The notes beneath the pieces are model-generated. The model was given only the letters and a program-made list of their open reading frames with translations. It was not told where the DNA came from and ran no database searches. DNA of 64,000 nt from an uncultured Verrucomicrobiae bacterium (GTDB taxonomy: Bacteria > Verrucomicrobiota > Verrucomicrobiia > Limisphaerales > Palsa-1400). Position numbers and translations under genes: made by a program. This document shows, piece after piece, positions 1 to 10,097 of this stretch. Positions within the stretch are counted from its first letter, which is position 1, and each line of letters opens with the position of its first letter. The DNA lies in contig CAVXRD010000001.1 of NCBI GenBank assembly GCA_963764165.1, positions 1,344,001-1,408,000 of the forward strand, given 5' to 3'.

Positions 1-2
1 GG

Positions 3-1859
3 CATGACTTGATGGCCATTGATGAGCCGGATCGCGAGAAATTGTGGAAAGGAGTCGCGGCCATGAAAAAGGAAGGCATCTATGTGACTTACTCGCCGTA
101 TTGGGCGGGCGCGTCGCGCACAAAACCCGCGCTCGGATACCTTGACGATGGAGGCAATCACAATTGGGGCTTGCTGTTTTTCGACGCCAAGCTCCAGGGG
201 GCCTACAAGGCCTGGCTGAGGCAAGTATTGACAGAAAAAAACCCCTACACGGGCATTCCGCTGGCCGAGGATCCAGCGCTTGCGATCATCCAGATTCAGA
301 ACGAGGATTCGCTTTTGTTCTGGACGGAGCAAGGCATGAAGGTAGAGGCGCACAAGGAATTGCGCCGCCAGTTTGCCGCGTTCGCCGCGAAAAAGTACGG
401 CTCTCTTGAAACCGCGAAGTCGGCGTGGCAGAACGCTGAGCCATCCCCTGACCAGGACGCTCCGGATGACTTTGCGCACCATGACGCCGCGTTGTACATC
501 ACATGGCAGCTGACGCAGCGCGGGGGAAGCGCCGGCCAGCAACAGCGCTGCGCCGATCAAATGCAATTCTTGACAGAGACGATGCGCCATTTCAATCAGA
601 TGATCGGCGATTACCTGAAAAACGAGCTTGGCTGCAAACAACTCGTCAACGCGGGCAATTGGCGCACCGCCGACAACGTCACCATGCTTGATGCAGAGCG
701 ATGGTCTTACTCCGCCAACGACGTCATGGCGGTCAACCGCTACTACGACGGCGCCCACGAAGGGGCGAACAGCGGCTGGGCGATCTGCACCGGCGACAAG
801 TTCACAGATGATTCAGCATTGCTGCATCCGCGGGAATTGCCGCTGACACTCAAACAGGTGGCTGGATTTCCGATGATGGTTACCGAGAGTTCGTGGGTTC
901 CGCCGCTGAGCCACCAATCCGAAGGGCCATTTCTAGTGGCCGCGTATCAATCGCTGACCGGCATCGACGCCTATTTTTGGTTCGCGACGGGGGACGAAGA
1001 TTGGCGGCAGCCGGGCTCGGCCAATGGATTTATGCCGTCAGAAGGCAAATGGGTTTGCGCCACGCCAATGCTTATGGGCCAATGGCCGGCAGCGGCGTTC
1101 ATGCACCGCCTTGGTTACATCCAGCAAGGCGCGCCAGTCGTTTCCGAGCAGCGTCCATTGGATGACCTGTGGCATCGGCAAATGCCAATCATCGCCGAGG
1201 ACGCAGGCTACGACCCGAATCGTGACCAGGGCGCCCCAATGAAGCAGTCGAACATCAAAGCTGGCGTCAATCCCCTCGCCTACTTAGTCGGTCCCGTTGT
1301 TGCGAAGTATGGCGGGCCATCGGCTCCGAATAAAGCCGCGGACTTCAGCAATTATATTGACACCGAGCGCAAATCCATCCGCTCCATCACCCGCGAAATA
1401 ACCCTGAACTACGGCAGCGGATGGTGCAGGCTGGACACACCCAAGGCACAAGGCGTGACAGGTTTTCTGAAGGCTGCAGGCGTCTCGAAAATGGCCGATG
1501 TCGAAATTCGCTGCACGAATGATTACGCGACGGTGCTGGTCGTCGCGATGGACAACAAGCCGCTCAAGGACTCCGGCAAAATTCTGGTTCAAGTGGGAAC
1601 GACCGAGCGCCCGCTCGGATGGAAGACAAAGCCCGCCACGGTTTTGGGCCGCGCCGGGGAGGAAGTTGTGAATTACGGCCACCCGCCGTGGATGATAGTC
1701 CGCGCCGATGTGGAAATTTCCGTGGCAAACCCGGGGCTCAAAACCGCCCGTGTGCTGGATTGCAACGGAATGCCTGTGGGAGTGATTCCATTGGAGTCAT
1801 TTGGCGGACGCGCGACGTTTAAATTTCCACCCGACGCGCTCTACGTGGTGCTTCAGTAG
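3..1859 (+). CDS. Clan GH-A (GH5-like) glycoside hydrolase, 5'-truncated by the window edge
   Basis: Frame is open from the window start. IIQIQNEDS (acid/base NE) and MVTE (nucleophile) motifs; aromatic-rich. Confidence 0.65.
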   Translation, partial: HDLMAIDEPDREKLWKGVAAMKKEGIYVTYSPYWAGASRTKPALGYLDDGGNHNWGLLFFDAKLQGAYKAWLRQVLTEKNPYTGIPLAEDPALAIIQIQNEDSLLFWTEQGMKVEAHKELRRQFAAFAAKKYGSLETAKSAWQNAEPSPDQDAPDDFAHHDAALYITWQLTQRGGSAGQQQRCADQMQFLTETMRHFNQMIGDYLKNELGCKQLVNAGNWRTADNVTMLDAERWSYSANDVMAVNRYYDGAHEGANSGWAICTGDKFTDDSALLHPRELPLTLKQVAGFPMMVTESSWVPPLSHQSEGPFLVAAYQSLTGIDAYFWFATGDEDWRQPGSANGFMPSEGKWVCATPMLMGQWPAAAFMHRLGYIQQGAPVVSEQRPLDDLWHRQMPIIAEDAGYDPNRDQGAPMKQSNIKAGVNPLAYLVGPVVAKYGGPSAPNKAADFSNYIDTERKSIRSITREITLNYGSGWCRLDTPKAQGVTGFLKAAGVSKMADVEIRCTNDYATVLVVAMDNKPLKDSGKILVQVGTTERPLGWKTKPATVLGRAGEEVVNYGHPPWMIVRADVEISVANPGLKTARVLDCNGMPVGVIPLESFGGRATFKFPPDALYVVLQ

Positions 1860-1866
1860 GGAAAAA

Positions 1867-1943
1867 TGGTCGGGGCGGTGGGATTTGAACCCACGACCTC
1901 TTGGTCCCGAACCAAGCGCGCTACCAAGCTACGCTACGCCCCG
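1867..1943 (-). tRNA. tRNA-Pro(CGG)
   Basis: Reverse complement CGGGGCGTAGCGTAGCTTGGTAGCGCGCTTGGTTCGGGACCAAGAGGTCGTGGGTTCAAATCCCACCGCCCCGACCA folds as a cloverleaf, with anticodon CGG and encoded CCA. Confidence 0.97.
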
Positions 1944-1963
1944 CCAACCGACTGAGGAACGTC

Positions 1964-1992
1964 AAGATGCCGCTCCTGACGAAGGATTGCAA
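1964..1992 (-). promoter_or_regulatory. Putative sigma70 promoter of tRNA-Pro
   Basis: Minus-strand TTGCAA-N17-CATCTT about 20 bp upstream of the tRNA. Confidence 0.4.
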
Positions 1993-2142
1993 AGGAATTC
2001 GCAAAAAGATTTGCGGCGCCTGCGGTGCCGCGAGGGACAATACATCTCTGCGCGAGGCCGAAACCTCGTTTTCAAAATTGAAACTGCGAGCGAGGAGGCG
2101 GCGCTTGCGCTCGCTGGCTTTAATGTTCCCTCAGCGCGGGAT

Positions 2143-2445
2143 CTATTTTGCCGCGACCGTCTTGGCCTTGCCTTTGCCCTTGCCTTTGGCTTCCGTCGCC
2201 AGGCGGTAGGTCAAGGTCGAATTGCGGCGGACAGAGCCTGAGTACTTCCGCGCCCATTCGCGATTTGCGACGGCGTGCTTCAGGCAGTGCCAGGCTGTGA
2301 CCTTTGGCTCGCCGCAAATGACGCAGCGGCCTTCCTTGGCTCGGCGGAGCTGCCATTTTTGCTGGCGAGAGATCGGAAGCTCTGTGAACTCGTCCACAAT
2401 TTTCTTCCGAGTGTATTCAGTAGTTTTCGTTTTTCCTTTTTTCAT
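2143..2445 (-). CDS. Small basic protein with putative zinc finger
   Basis: MKKGKTK... with CVICG...HCLKH motif; Lys/Arg-rich. Confidence 0.7.
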   Translation of the reverse strand: MKKGKTKTTEYTRKKIVDEFTELPISRQQKWQLRRAKEGRCVICGEPKVTAWHCLKHAVANREWARKYSGSVRRNSTLTYRLATEAKGKGKGKAKTVAAK

Positions 2446-2642
2446 ATTTCGACAGTAGAGTTCTCCCCTTTTTCCCACCCGGAAATCGCCTCCGGGGCGT
2501 TATCAAGAGAACACAGGCTACGGCAATTTTTGAAAAAGAAAAGGACAAAATATGACTGTCGTGAAGAAATAAAAGCGCCCGCGCCTTGGCGCGAACGCTG
2601 TCAATTGCATTTATGGCCCGCGCCTGTTCGGCGCAAGGAGTC

Positions 2643-4376
2643 TCACGCCACCGGCGCGGGAGTTTCAGCGGGAGCCGGATTCTCCGCCGGAGCTTCCATC
2701 GGACCGTCAATCATATTCTCTCCCGGGGAATCGGTTGCCCCTTCGGCTGGAGTTTCCGCGGGAGCGGCTGCCTGCTCCGCAGAGGGGGCCGCGGCGGCTG
2801 CCCCGGCCGAGCTGGCGGCTTCGCCGCCGGGTGCGGGCGCGGGCTTGGCGCTGGCGGGTTTCTCCGGTTTCGGAGGCCGTGGCGCGGGCTTCTTGGCGGT
2901 TTCCAAAATCCCGTTGGCGTATTCAATGACGTGGCCTTCGTGGATCAGCCAGTGCAAATCGCTGGCGAGGGCCGTCTGCTCGGGGGTGGCTGCGGGCTGA
3001 GCTGGCGCAACGGGCGCAGCAGGGGCGGCCGGGGCTGCGCCTTCCGCTCCTGGCGCTGTTTCAGCAGGTGCTGGGGCAGGAGCCGGAGCGGCGGCGGCCG
3101 CCGGGGCAGGCGCGGGAGCCAAAGTTTCCAACAATTTCTTGCGCGTGGCCTTCGCAGTGGAATTGATGAACTCCACGATGCGTTTGACACCTTCGGAAAC
3201 CGGCGAGGCTTCCATGTCCAGATAGCGCGGCCGGGCCACCGACACGTGGGTGACCGTTTTGTTGACTTTGAAAAATTGCAGGCCAAACCCGGCGAATTGC
3301 TGGCTCAGCACGGTGGCCAGTTGCAGCGGAAAACGCCGCTGCTCTTCCCACGCGATGCGAACCGCGCGCTGCAATCCCTGCGAGCGGACCTGCTTGGCTG
3401 CGGCTCCACCCATCATGCACGTCTCGACCGGCTTGATGATATTGGGAAGGTGAACCGAGCGGAAGTGCGCGTTGACCTCGTCGCGGTTGGCCAATTTTTT
3501 CGGCTCGGGGACGTTCAGGCAATTGTATTCGGTTTTGAAGCTGTGGTCCTCAATCCATTGCTTGACCACCGCCTCATCGCGGACGATTTTCACGCGCGCC
3601 TTGTAAACCTCGAACGGCATGTTGGAGAAGCGTTCGGAATGCAGCTTGTGCAACTGCGATTGGTAATCGTGGTAGTTGGGAGGTCCGAGAACCTTGCCGC
3701 TCATGCCGCATTGGGCAACGAACGTGTAAGTTCCCTTGGGCGGCTCGGTGGCGGTGCGCTCCGGCTGGTAGAACATCTGGAAGTGCCGGCCCAGAACATG
3801 ATTGACAGCCTCTTCCTCGCTCAGCCACAGGCTTTCGTCCACAGCGCAAAGATACATCAATTGAATGATTTTCCCCTCGGCGTCTTTCTTGACATCGAAC
3901 CGGACCTGCTGCCGCTCCGGCTTCTGCAAAATAAGGCGGGCGATGTCAAAAAGCGGATAGGCCCGGCCCGTGACGCGAATCTGCCGCGCGAGCGATTCCA
4001 CGCCCTTCTCTTCCGGCAAAATCGAAACGGTTACCGGCGGCGGAAGCGGAGCTTCCTCACGCGGCGCCGAACGATCCTGGCGCCGATCATCGGGACGGCC
4101 GCCCCGCCGGTCTCCACCGGGGCCGGCGAAGCCACCGCGTGGCTGCGGGCGTCCGCCAGCCGGACGAGGGCCGCCTTGGCCTTCGCGGCGCGGGCCGCCC
4201 TGCCCTTCGCGGCGCTGAGGACGGCGGCCGGGCCGGTCATCAAATTTTCGTTCCGACCGTTCCTCGCCCTGGAAATTGGCGTAACGGTTCGTTTGGGGCG
4301 CGTCCTGGGCCCAGGCGGGCAGGAACAGCTTTTCCAAGTCAAAATCGGGTTCAGAGGACGTACTCATTGCTGACAT
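2643..4376 (-). CDS. Hypothetical protein (RG-rich N-terminus, degenerate C/H finger-like core, Ala/Pro-rich tail)
   Basis: 577-aa ORF with typical codon usage. Confidence 0.8.
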   Translation of the reverse strand: MSAMSTSSEPDFDLEKLFLPAWAQDAPQTNRYANFQGEERSERKFDDRPGRRPQRREGQGGPRREGQGGPRPAGGRPQPRGGFAGPGGDRRGGRPDDRRQDRSAPREEAPLPPPVTVSILPEEKGVESLARQIRVTGRAYPLFDIARLILQKPERQQVRFDVKKDAEGKIIQLMYLCAVDESLWLSEEEAVNHVLGRHFQMFYQPERTATEPPKGTYTFVAQCGMSGKVLGPPNYHDYQSQLHKLHSERFSNMPFEVYKARVKIVRDEAVVKQWIEDHSFKTEYNCLNVPEPKKLANRDEVNAHFRSVHLPNIIKPVETCMMGGAAAKQVRSQGLQRAVRIAWEEQRRFPLQLATVLSQQFAGFGLQFFKVNKTVTHVSVARPRYLDMEASPVSEGVKRIVEFINSTAKATRKKLLETLAPAPAPAAAAAPAPAPAPAETAPGAEGAAPAAPAAPVAPAQPAATPEQTALASDLHWLIHEGHVIEYANGILETAKKPAPRPPKPEKPASAKPAPAPGGEAASSAGAAAAAPSAEQAAAPAETPAEGATDSPGENMIDGPMEAPAENPAPAETPAPVA

Positions 4377-4467
4377 AGGGGCAAATGGTCATTCGTTGCA
4401 TGTTTACATGAGGATGCGGCGGGAAAGGGCGGAATGCAAGCGCGGTTTGGGTGGAGATTGTGCAACA

Positions 4468-6462
4468 TTATTCACCCTTGTAGCCCTCGGGGCCTTTCAA
4501 TAGAAAAAGGCCATCGGGATCATGCTCCAATTTTTGCGCCTTGGTGGCTCGGGTGTCGGCGGCTTGCGCAAGATAAACAGGGTCGACGATGTCTTCGTGT
4601 ATTTTTCCGAATTCAGCTTCCATCCCAGGAGACGGCTCGCGCCTCATCCCCCAGTACATCCACATTTTCGCCGCCTCCAATTCGCCAAACTCGATCAGGT
4701 GCCGTCCCACCTGGATGTCAACATAGCAAAGGTTGGGGTCTAATTGCACCGCCTTCACAAAATAGGGCGTCGCTTCATCCAGCTTGCCCATTCGATCCAG
4801 CGCCATGCCGCATCCCAGCGGGGCATACGCGTCGAAGGGATTCAACTCCATCGCCCGCAACAGCGCGTTCTTTGACTGTGTGAGGCGTTCTGTTTCATTT
4901 TGCCCTTCCGCGCCGCTCAAATCGAAAAGATAAGACGCTACTTCACGGTATGCGCTCCAGTCCATGGGTTCGGCATCCAGCGCTTTTTGGGCGTCGGCGG
5001 CAGCCAGATCGGGATGGCTGGAGTCATTGATCGATTGGTAAATCCAATAAACCTGCCTGCCCTGGCGCATTCCTTGAACCGCGAAAAATCCAATGAGCGA
5101 GAGGATTGCAGCCGGCAGGATCACTTTGCCAATTTTTCCGGGATTCATCCAGAAGCGCTCGGTGGCGAATCTCCACTGGCCCGCCAGCAACGCCATCAGC
5201 GCGATGGCGGCGGTCGCTATCCCGGGAACTTGCATGTTGAACTCCACAAAGCAATGAATCATCAGGGACAGCAACCCGGCGGACGCGCCGAGCACGAAGG
5301 CCCGCCTGTCGCTCAGCCCCGAACTGGTATCGCGAGATGTCCGCCCCAGATCCTGCCAGACCCGGTATGCGCCCCAATACAGCAGTCCGATAAAGGCGGC
5401 GACGATAGCCATCCCGACGATCCCCCAATCGCACAGGGTATTCAGGTAGTCGTTATGGCAATAAACCGGCCGGGTTTGCACGTTGACCGTGCGCACGGTT
5501 GGGAATTTGATGTCGAAATGCCCTGGGCCAATCCCGAGCAGTTTGTGCTGGTTGAAAAGTTTGACAGCTCCAGCCCAATAAAACTCGCGGGAGTCCGTCC
5601 TCCCCTCGTAAGCCTCCATGCGGTGAAAGCGTTTTTCAATAGAGTCAAAGGAGAAATAGGCGATGATTCCGCCCGCCATCACCACCGCCAGCACACCGAG
5701 AGTTGGCTTCCAATAGTCGCGCTGCGTCAATAATACGGCGCAAAAGCCGAGCAATGCGATGGCCGCCGCCACCATTCCCCCCCGGGAAACCGAAAACGCA
5801 ATGCCAGCCAGCATCACAATCACGGCGTAGCCCAGGAAGACCTTCGTTATCACCGAGAGCCTCGACATCATCGTGTAGGCCAAAGCCAGTGGCACGGTCA
5901 TCCCAAGAAACGCCGCCAGATGATTCGGGTTCATGAACGTTCCAGTTCCGCGCCCCGCGTATTGTGGCAATAATTCAACACCCCACACCTGCGGCGAATG
6001 CCTCGCCACCTGCAGAATTCCCAGCAGCGACAGAACAAATCCGAGCGAAACGAGGGCGAGGCTGACAATCGTGGCGGAATTCCGGCGATTCAGATTGTTG
6101 AGGGCGATAAAGAAAATCGCGCCGTAAACCAACACATGAATCAATGTCTGGCGCGCGGTGTACTCCACGGCCGCCGAAGGGTAGCGAAGAATGGCCAGTC
6201 CCATGAAGGCCAAAACGGGCCAGCAGACCGGCGGGCAAAGCAGCCGAAATGGCCGCTGCAACCACATTCGAACGATCCAAATGGCGAGCATCAAACTCGC
6301 GGCGATTAGAACGGCCAAAAACGATCCCCGAACGTTGCCGCCGAAATTCAGCGGGCTCCATAGCAGCACGAAAACGAAAAGGACAATGATCGCCCAAACG
6401 CAAATGACATCAATGCGCTCGCGCCGCCGGTCCCGCCCTTTCTCCTTGTTAGCTCCTTGCAC
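4468..6462 (-). CDS. O-antigen ligase family (Wzy_C) membrane protein with C-terminal TPRs
   Basis: Many TM segments; GTFMNPNH, SRGG, GIGPGHF and HNDYL motifs; TPR-like tail. Confidence 0.85.
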   Translation of the reverse strand: MQGANKEKGRDRRRERIDVICVWAIIVLFVFVLLWSPLNFGGNVRGSFLAVLIAASLMLAIWIVRMWLQRPFRLLCPPVCWPVLAFMGLAILRYPSAAVEYTARQTLIHVLVYGAIFFIALNNLNRRNSATIVSLALVSLGFVLSLLGILQVARHSPQVWGVELLPQYAGRGTGTFMNPNHLAAFLGMTVPLALAYTMMSRLSVITKVFLGYAVIVMLAGIAFSVSRGGMVAAAIALLGFCAVLLTQRDYWKPTLGVLAVVMAGGIIAYFSFDSIEKRFHRMEAYEGRTDSREFYWAGAVKLFNQHKLLGIGPGHFDIKFPTVRTVNVQTRPVYCHNDYLNTLCDWGIVGMAIVAAFIGLLYWGAYRVWQDLGRTSRDTSSGLSDRRAFVLGASAGLLSLMIHCFVEFNMQVPGIATAAIALMALLAGQWRFATERFWMNPGKIGKVILPAAILSLIGFFAVQGMRQGRQVYWIYQSINDSSHPDLAAADAQKALDAEPMDWSAYREVASYLFDLSGAEGQNETERLTQSKNALLRAMELNPFDAYAPLGCGMALDRMGKLDEATPYFVKAVQLDPNLCYVDIQVGRHLIEFGELEAAKMWMYWGMRREPSPGMEAEFGKIHEDIVDPVYLAQAADTRATKAQKLEHDPDGLFLLKGPEGYKGE

Positions 6463-6499
6463 AGCCGACTTTTAAACTGAAATGATCTTCCCTCAACTC

Positions 6500-7870
6500 T
6501 CAGCTAAGATAGTCGCGCGGATCGGTGATGTGGCCCGTTAACGCGCTCGCGGCCACGGTTGCAGGCGATGCCAGAAACACCTGGGACTCCTTGTGGCCCA
6601 TGCGTCCCGGAAAATTTCGATTGGTGGCGCTGATGCATTTCAGCGGCGCGTTCATGCGGCCAAAAGTATCCACCGGCCCGCCCAGGCACGCCGCGCAGCC
6701 AGCGTTTTCGGTCATTTGCACGCCGGCGTCCACCAAAATTTGCCAGACCGTCTTTCCGTCCCAGCGCGCCGTTTGCAAGTCATGCACAATCTCCGGCGTG
6801 GCCGGAACGCCAAACGTATCAATCGTGACATGCTTGCCGCGAAGCACGCGGGCGAATTCCAAAAAGTCGCTCGTCTTGCCGCCTGTGCAGGAACCCACGT
6901 AAGCGCGATCAAGCCGGGTGCCGGTCAAGTTCCGCGCCAGGCTCCGGCGGCCTGGATCGGGATGGCAGGCGACGGTTGGCTCCAATTTCGAGAGATCCAC
7001 TGTCATCTCGAAAACAAATTTCTCATCCGCATCGCGCTCGACCGGCTCGTAGGCCGCCTTCGTGCCGTTTAACTTGCACCGGGCATCGACAAACGCGCGG
7101 GTCTGGTCGTCGAATTCAAAAATGCCATTCTTGCCGCCCGCTTCAATAGCCATGTTCGCGACCGTCATGCGGTCGTCCATCGAAAGATGGCGCACGCCCT
7201 CGCCGTCGAATTGCATCGCGCGGTAAGTGGCGCCGTCGAAGCCGATTTCTCCAATGCAGTGCAATATGATATCCTTGGCCATCACGCCCGGCTGCATTTT
7301 CCCGACCAGGCGGAAGTGCATCGTTTCAGGAACTTTGAGCAGCAATTTGCCCGTGCCCATCACGAATCCGGCGTCCGTATTGCCGATGCCCGTCGCAAAT
7401 TCATTAAACGCCCCCGCCATGCATGTGTGCGAGTCCGTTCCAAACAGAATTTCGCCCGGCCGCGTATGCCCCTTCTGAGGCAACGCGGTATGGCACACAC
7501 CGGCATAGTGAGAGCCATATTGGCGCGCCAGCGGCCCGCGCGAGGCATCGAACTTCCACGAGCCATTGGCGTCATCAATGACGTCGTAGAAATAAGGCAG
7601 ATTCTGCTCGCGCACGAAATCGCGCAGAACGTCGACATTCCGGTTTGATTTCGAGTCGGCGGTAAAAATGTAATGGTCGGGGATGATGACGACCTTGTTG
7701 CGATCCCAAACCTTGGCGTGGGCCCCGAACTCGCGCTTGAAGACGCCAATGGTGCCCGGCCCGCACACATCGTGCGTCATCAGGATATCCGCGCTGACCC
7801 AGACATTGTCGCCGGCCTGCACCGACTTTTTGCCTGCCGCCCGGGCCAGAATCTTTTCACTTAGCGTCAT
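6500..7870 (-). CDS. leuC: 3-isopropylmalate dehydratase / homoaconitase family large subunit
   Basis: GTDSHT, GSCTGG, CAACLGG (4Fe-4S ligands) and NRNFPGRMG motifs. Confidence 0.9.
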   Translation of the reverse strand: MTLSEKILARAAGKKSVQAGDNVWVSADILMTHDVCGPGTIGVFKREFGAHAKVWDRNKVVIIPDHYIFTADSKSNRNVDVLRDFVREQNLPYFYDVIDDANGSWKFDASRGPLARQYGSHYAGVCHTALPQKGHTRPGEILFGTDSHTCMAGAFNEFATGIGNTDAGFVMGTGKLLLKVPETMHFRLVGKMQPGVMAKDIILHCIGEIGFDGATYRAMQFDGEGVRHLSMDDRMTVANMAIEAGGKNGIFEFDDQTRAFVDARCKLNGTKAAYEPVERDADEKFVFEMTVDLSKLEPTVACHPDPGRRSLARNLTGTRLDRAYVGSCTGGKTSDFLEFARVLRGKHVTIDTFGVPATPEIVHDLQTARWDGKTVWQILVDAGVQMTENAGCAACLGGPVDTFGRMNAPLKCISATNRNFPGRMGHKESQVFLASPATVAASALTGHITDPRDYLS

Positions 7871-7976
7871 AGGAGGGATAGATTAACCGAGCCTCACAGA
7901 CACCGCAACCGCCAAACGTAACAATTCGGTTACGAGGGCGTGGGACAAACTTCTTCATCTCCGCGTTGGCACTAAG

Positions 7977-8042
7977 CGCCCCGCGGCGCGGCACCTTTGT
8001 AGAAACGATCATTAAAAGATCTTTCGGCTCCGTCAGCGGCAC
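7977..8042. repeat. Degenerate copy of the GCTCCG-GGAGCGGCA REP-like family
   Basis: GCGGCACCTTTGTAGAA...GGCTCCGTCAGCGGCAC resembles the element at 17782-17852. Confidence 0.4.
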
Positions 8043-8221
8043 TTTGCCGAGGACAGCCGGAAATGGGCAAGAGGATTGAACAGCAAGCTCACACGAAGAG
8101 GACGCTTCGGGAATCGTACTGGTTGGAATCGCAGCCCCCTGTCTCTTTTTGACCAACTTTGATCAGGAGGGTCTAAATCGACCATTTAGGTGGCATGTAC
8201 AGTCATACCCCCCCTAAAAAG

Positions 8222-8304
8222 CCGTCACACCCGTCACAACGTTGTCCATCAACGACTTAGTCCGTCACAAAACCGTCACACGGGCCGACACAGACCCGTC
8301 ACAA
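8222..8304 (+). repeat. Cluster of CCGTCACA direct repeats (five exact, one variant)
   Basis: CCGTCACA occurs five times plus CCGACACA, around GTTGTCCATCAAC. Confidence 0.75.
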
Positions 8305-8470
8305 ACGCAGGGCAGACGCATCGTAATTCTTGTAATCTGCTTCGGATTTAAGATGCGTCTCCCCCTTGGTCACAAACGTTCTTCACAATTTAGTGGCGGA
8401 TGGATATGTCTGTGTGTTCCTCTGCGCACTCATCTTCCCTGCGCGACCGTTCTCTGTCGCGAAAAACCAA

Positions 8471-8499
8471 GGGTGCAATAGGGTGAAATAGCGTGCAAC
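8471..8499 (+). repeat. 10-bp-period GGGTGCAATA tandem repeat (x3, degenerate)
   Basis: gggtgcaata gggtgaaata gcgtgcaac; the same unit occurs at 42734-42762. Confidence 0.7.
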
Positions 8500-8720
8500 G
8501 CCCCGATCACGGCTTATTTAGTTCCCGCACCCGACAGCCCGTTAAAAAACCAACTGCATCCTGGCGCGGAAATCCGCAAAATATTAAAGAACACGCCCTG
8601 CTGGCGACAGGGAGAAGCATAAGGCCGAAAACCTCTCTGTCAATTAAGCATGTAATTGCACGCTGCTGTGGCATTATGGGGCGGCAACGAGTCCTTTTTT
8701 GATTTGGTTCTGGAATTTCC

Positions 8721-8749
8721 TTGATATACATTTCACTGCAATGTATTCT
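8721..8749 (+). promoter_or_regulatory. sigma70 promoter with overlapping palindromic operator (likely PadR site)
   Basis: TTGATA-N17-TATTCT overlapped by the perfect inverted repeat ATACATT-N7-AATGTAT (8726-8746). Confidence 0.7.
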
Positions 8750-8755
8750 CCTCTT

Positions 8756-9091
8756 GTGAAGTTGGAAAAGGAATTGGTGGCGGCTTCGTCGGCGCCGCTG
8801 GTGCTTTCGATCCTGGGTGAGGGCGATAGCTACGGCTATGCCATCATTCAGCGCGTCAGGACGATTTCCGATGGCAAGATCACGTGGACGGACGGAATGC
8901 TGTATCCCGTTTTGCACTGGCTGGAGGATCAAGGCCAGGTGGAAAGCCGCTGGGTTACTGCCGAAAACGGACGGGAACGGAAATATTATGCGTTGACCGA
9001 TAAAGGTCGGAAGGCGCTCCAAAAGCATCAGGAACAGTGGTCTGCCGTCAACTCGGCCTTGAATCAATTTTGGAAGCCGCGCCATGCCTGA
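8756..9091 (+). CDS. PadR family transcriptional regulator
   Basis: SYGYAII, GMLYPVLHWLE and RKYYALT motifs; GTG start proposed (ATG at 8741 is an alternative). Confidence 0.9.
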   Translation: MKLEKELVAASSAPLVLSILGEGDSYGYAIIQRVRTISDGKITWTDGMLYPVLHWLEDQGQVESRWVTAENGRERKYYALTDKGRKALQKHQEQWSAVNSALNQFWKPRHA

Positions 9092-10097
9092 CATCGAGAC
9101 ACGGATCGCGGAGTGGCGCAGCCGGCTGATCTCGGCAGGCGTCAATACCGAGATTTGCAGGGAGCTCGAAAGCCATTTACGCGAGAAGGTGGACGAATTT
9201 CGGCGCTCGGGAGCCACGGAAACCGAGGCCTTGGAACGAGCCGCCGCGGAAGTGGGTTCGCCACCCGAGATTGCATCCGAATTCAAAAAACTCCGGCCGA
9301 CCCTGTGGCTGCCTGTTAAAATCACGATGGCCATCGGGATCGCGTCGGGAATTCTGGTGGGCGCTCCGATGGCCGCCAGTCTTGATGGGGCCGAAAGCTT
9401 CCTAGCTCTGGGCCATATTTTCAACCTGACGCTCGGCTATATCGTCGCGCTTCTGGCGGGCGTGCTCGGTATTTGCTTTGTGTGCCAGAGAGTTTTTTCA
9501 AACTTCCCGCGGACGCGATTGCCCGCGTTAAGGCTTGTCACTTCGAGGTTTGTTTCCCTTGCTGCGGCGCTGACTGCTTGTGGTATTATTCTGGGCTTCG
9601 TCTTGATGCAAACGCAAGAGATGCGCGATCGAGGATGGAGACCCGCCATGCCAGGAATGAACGCGCACGCCGTCCGGGGTCCAGTAATACGACGCGGAGG
9701 CAAGCGGATCGAAGGGGGAGTGATGCAAAGTCTTTCAATTTTTCCAATGTGGGCGGCTCGCCCGCCGGCGTGGCCGCCTTGGGTATACGAAGGAGATGTG
9801 GACTTGACGATCATGCACAACAACCGTCTCGCCACAGGATGGCTGATGAAAGGGAAGGCCGCGGCTTCGGTGTGCGTGCTGTTGTGGCTGGTTTTGGTGC
9901 TGGCCGTCCAGCGCTCCCGCAGCCTGGACGAGCGTGGAATTCAGCTCTTAAACATTCTAAGCATCGGCTTGGTTGGCCTGGCAACACTTGGGCCGTTTCT
10001 GCCGCCGATAGTGCTAAGCCTCGTCTTTTTCCTCATTGGGCTCGCTCCAGAGAGATGGTTTCGCCGGTCACTGTCATTCGCGGCGTCTCCTCAGTAG
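9084..10097 (+). CDS. Permease-prefix-domain membrane protein with a degenerate CcsA-like TM region
   Basis: ELESHLRE...G..E.EA...A..GSP prefix typical of PadR partner genes, followed by TM helices. Confidence 0.7.
   Translation: MPDIETRIAEWRSRLISAGVNTEICRELESHLREKVDEFRRSGATETEALERAAAEVGSPPEIASEFKKLRPTLWLPVKITMAIGIASGILVGAPMAASLDGAESFLALGHIFNLTLGYIVALLAGVLGICFVCQRVFSNFPRTRLPALRLVTSRFVSLAAALTACGIILGFVLMQTQEMRDRGWRPAMPGMNAHAVRGPVIRRGGKRIEGGVMQSLSIFPMWAARPPAWPPWVYEGDVDLTIMHNNRLATGWLMKGKAAASVCVLLWLVLVLAVQRSRSLDERGIQLLNILSIGLVGLATLGPFLPPIVLSLVFFLIGLAPERWFRRSLSFAASPQ

Noticed and set aside
1801..2241. ORFs overlapping the tRNA
   Set aside because: Translations of the tRNA antisense strand and intergenic sequence.
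6500..7870. leuC without an adjacent leuD
   Set aside because: Split subunit genes are common; leuD may lie elsewhere in the genome.
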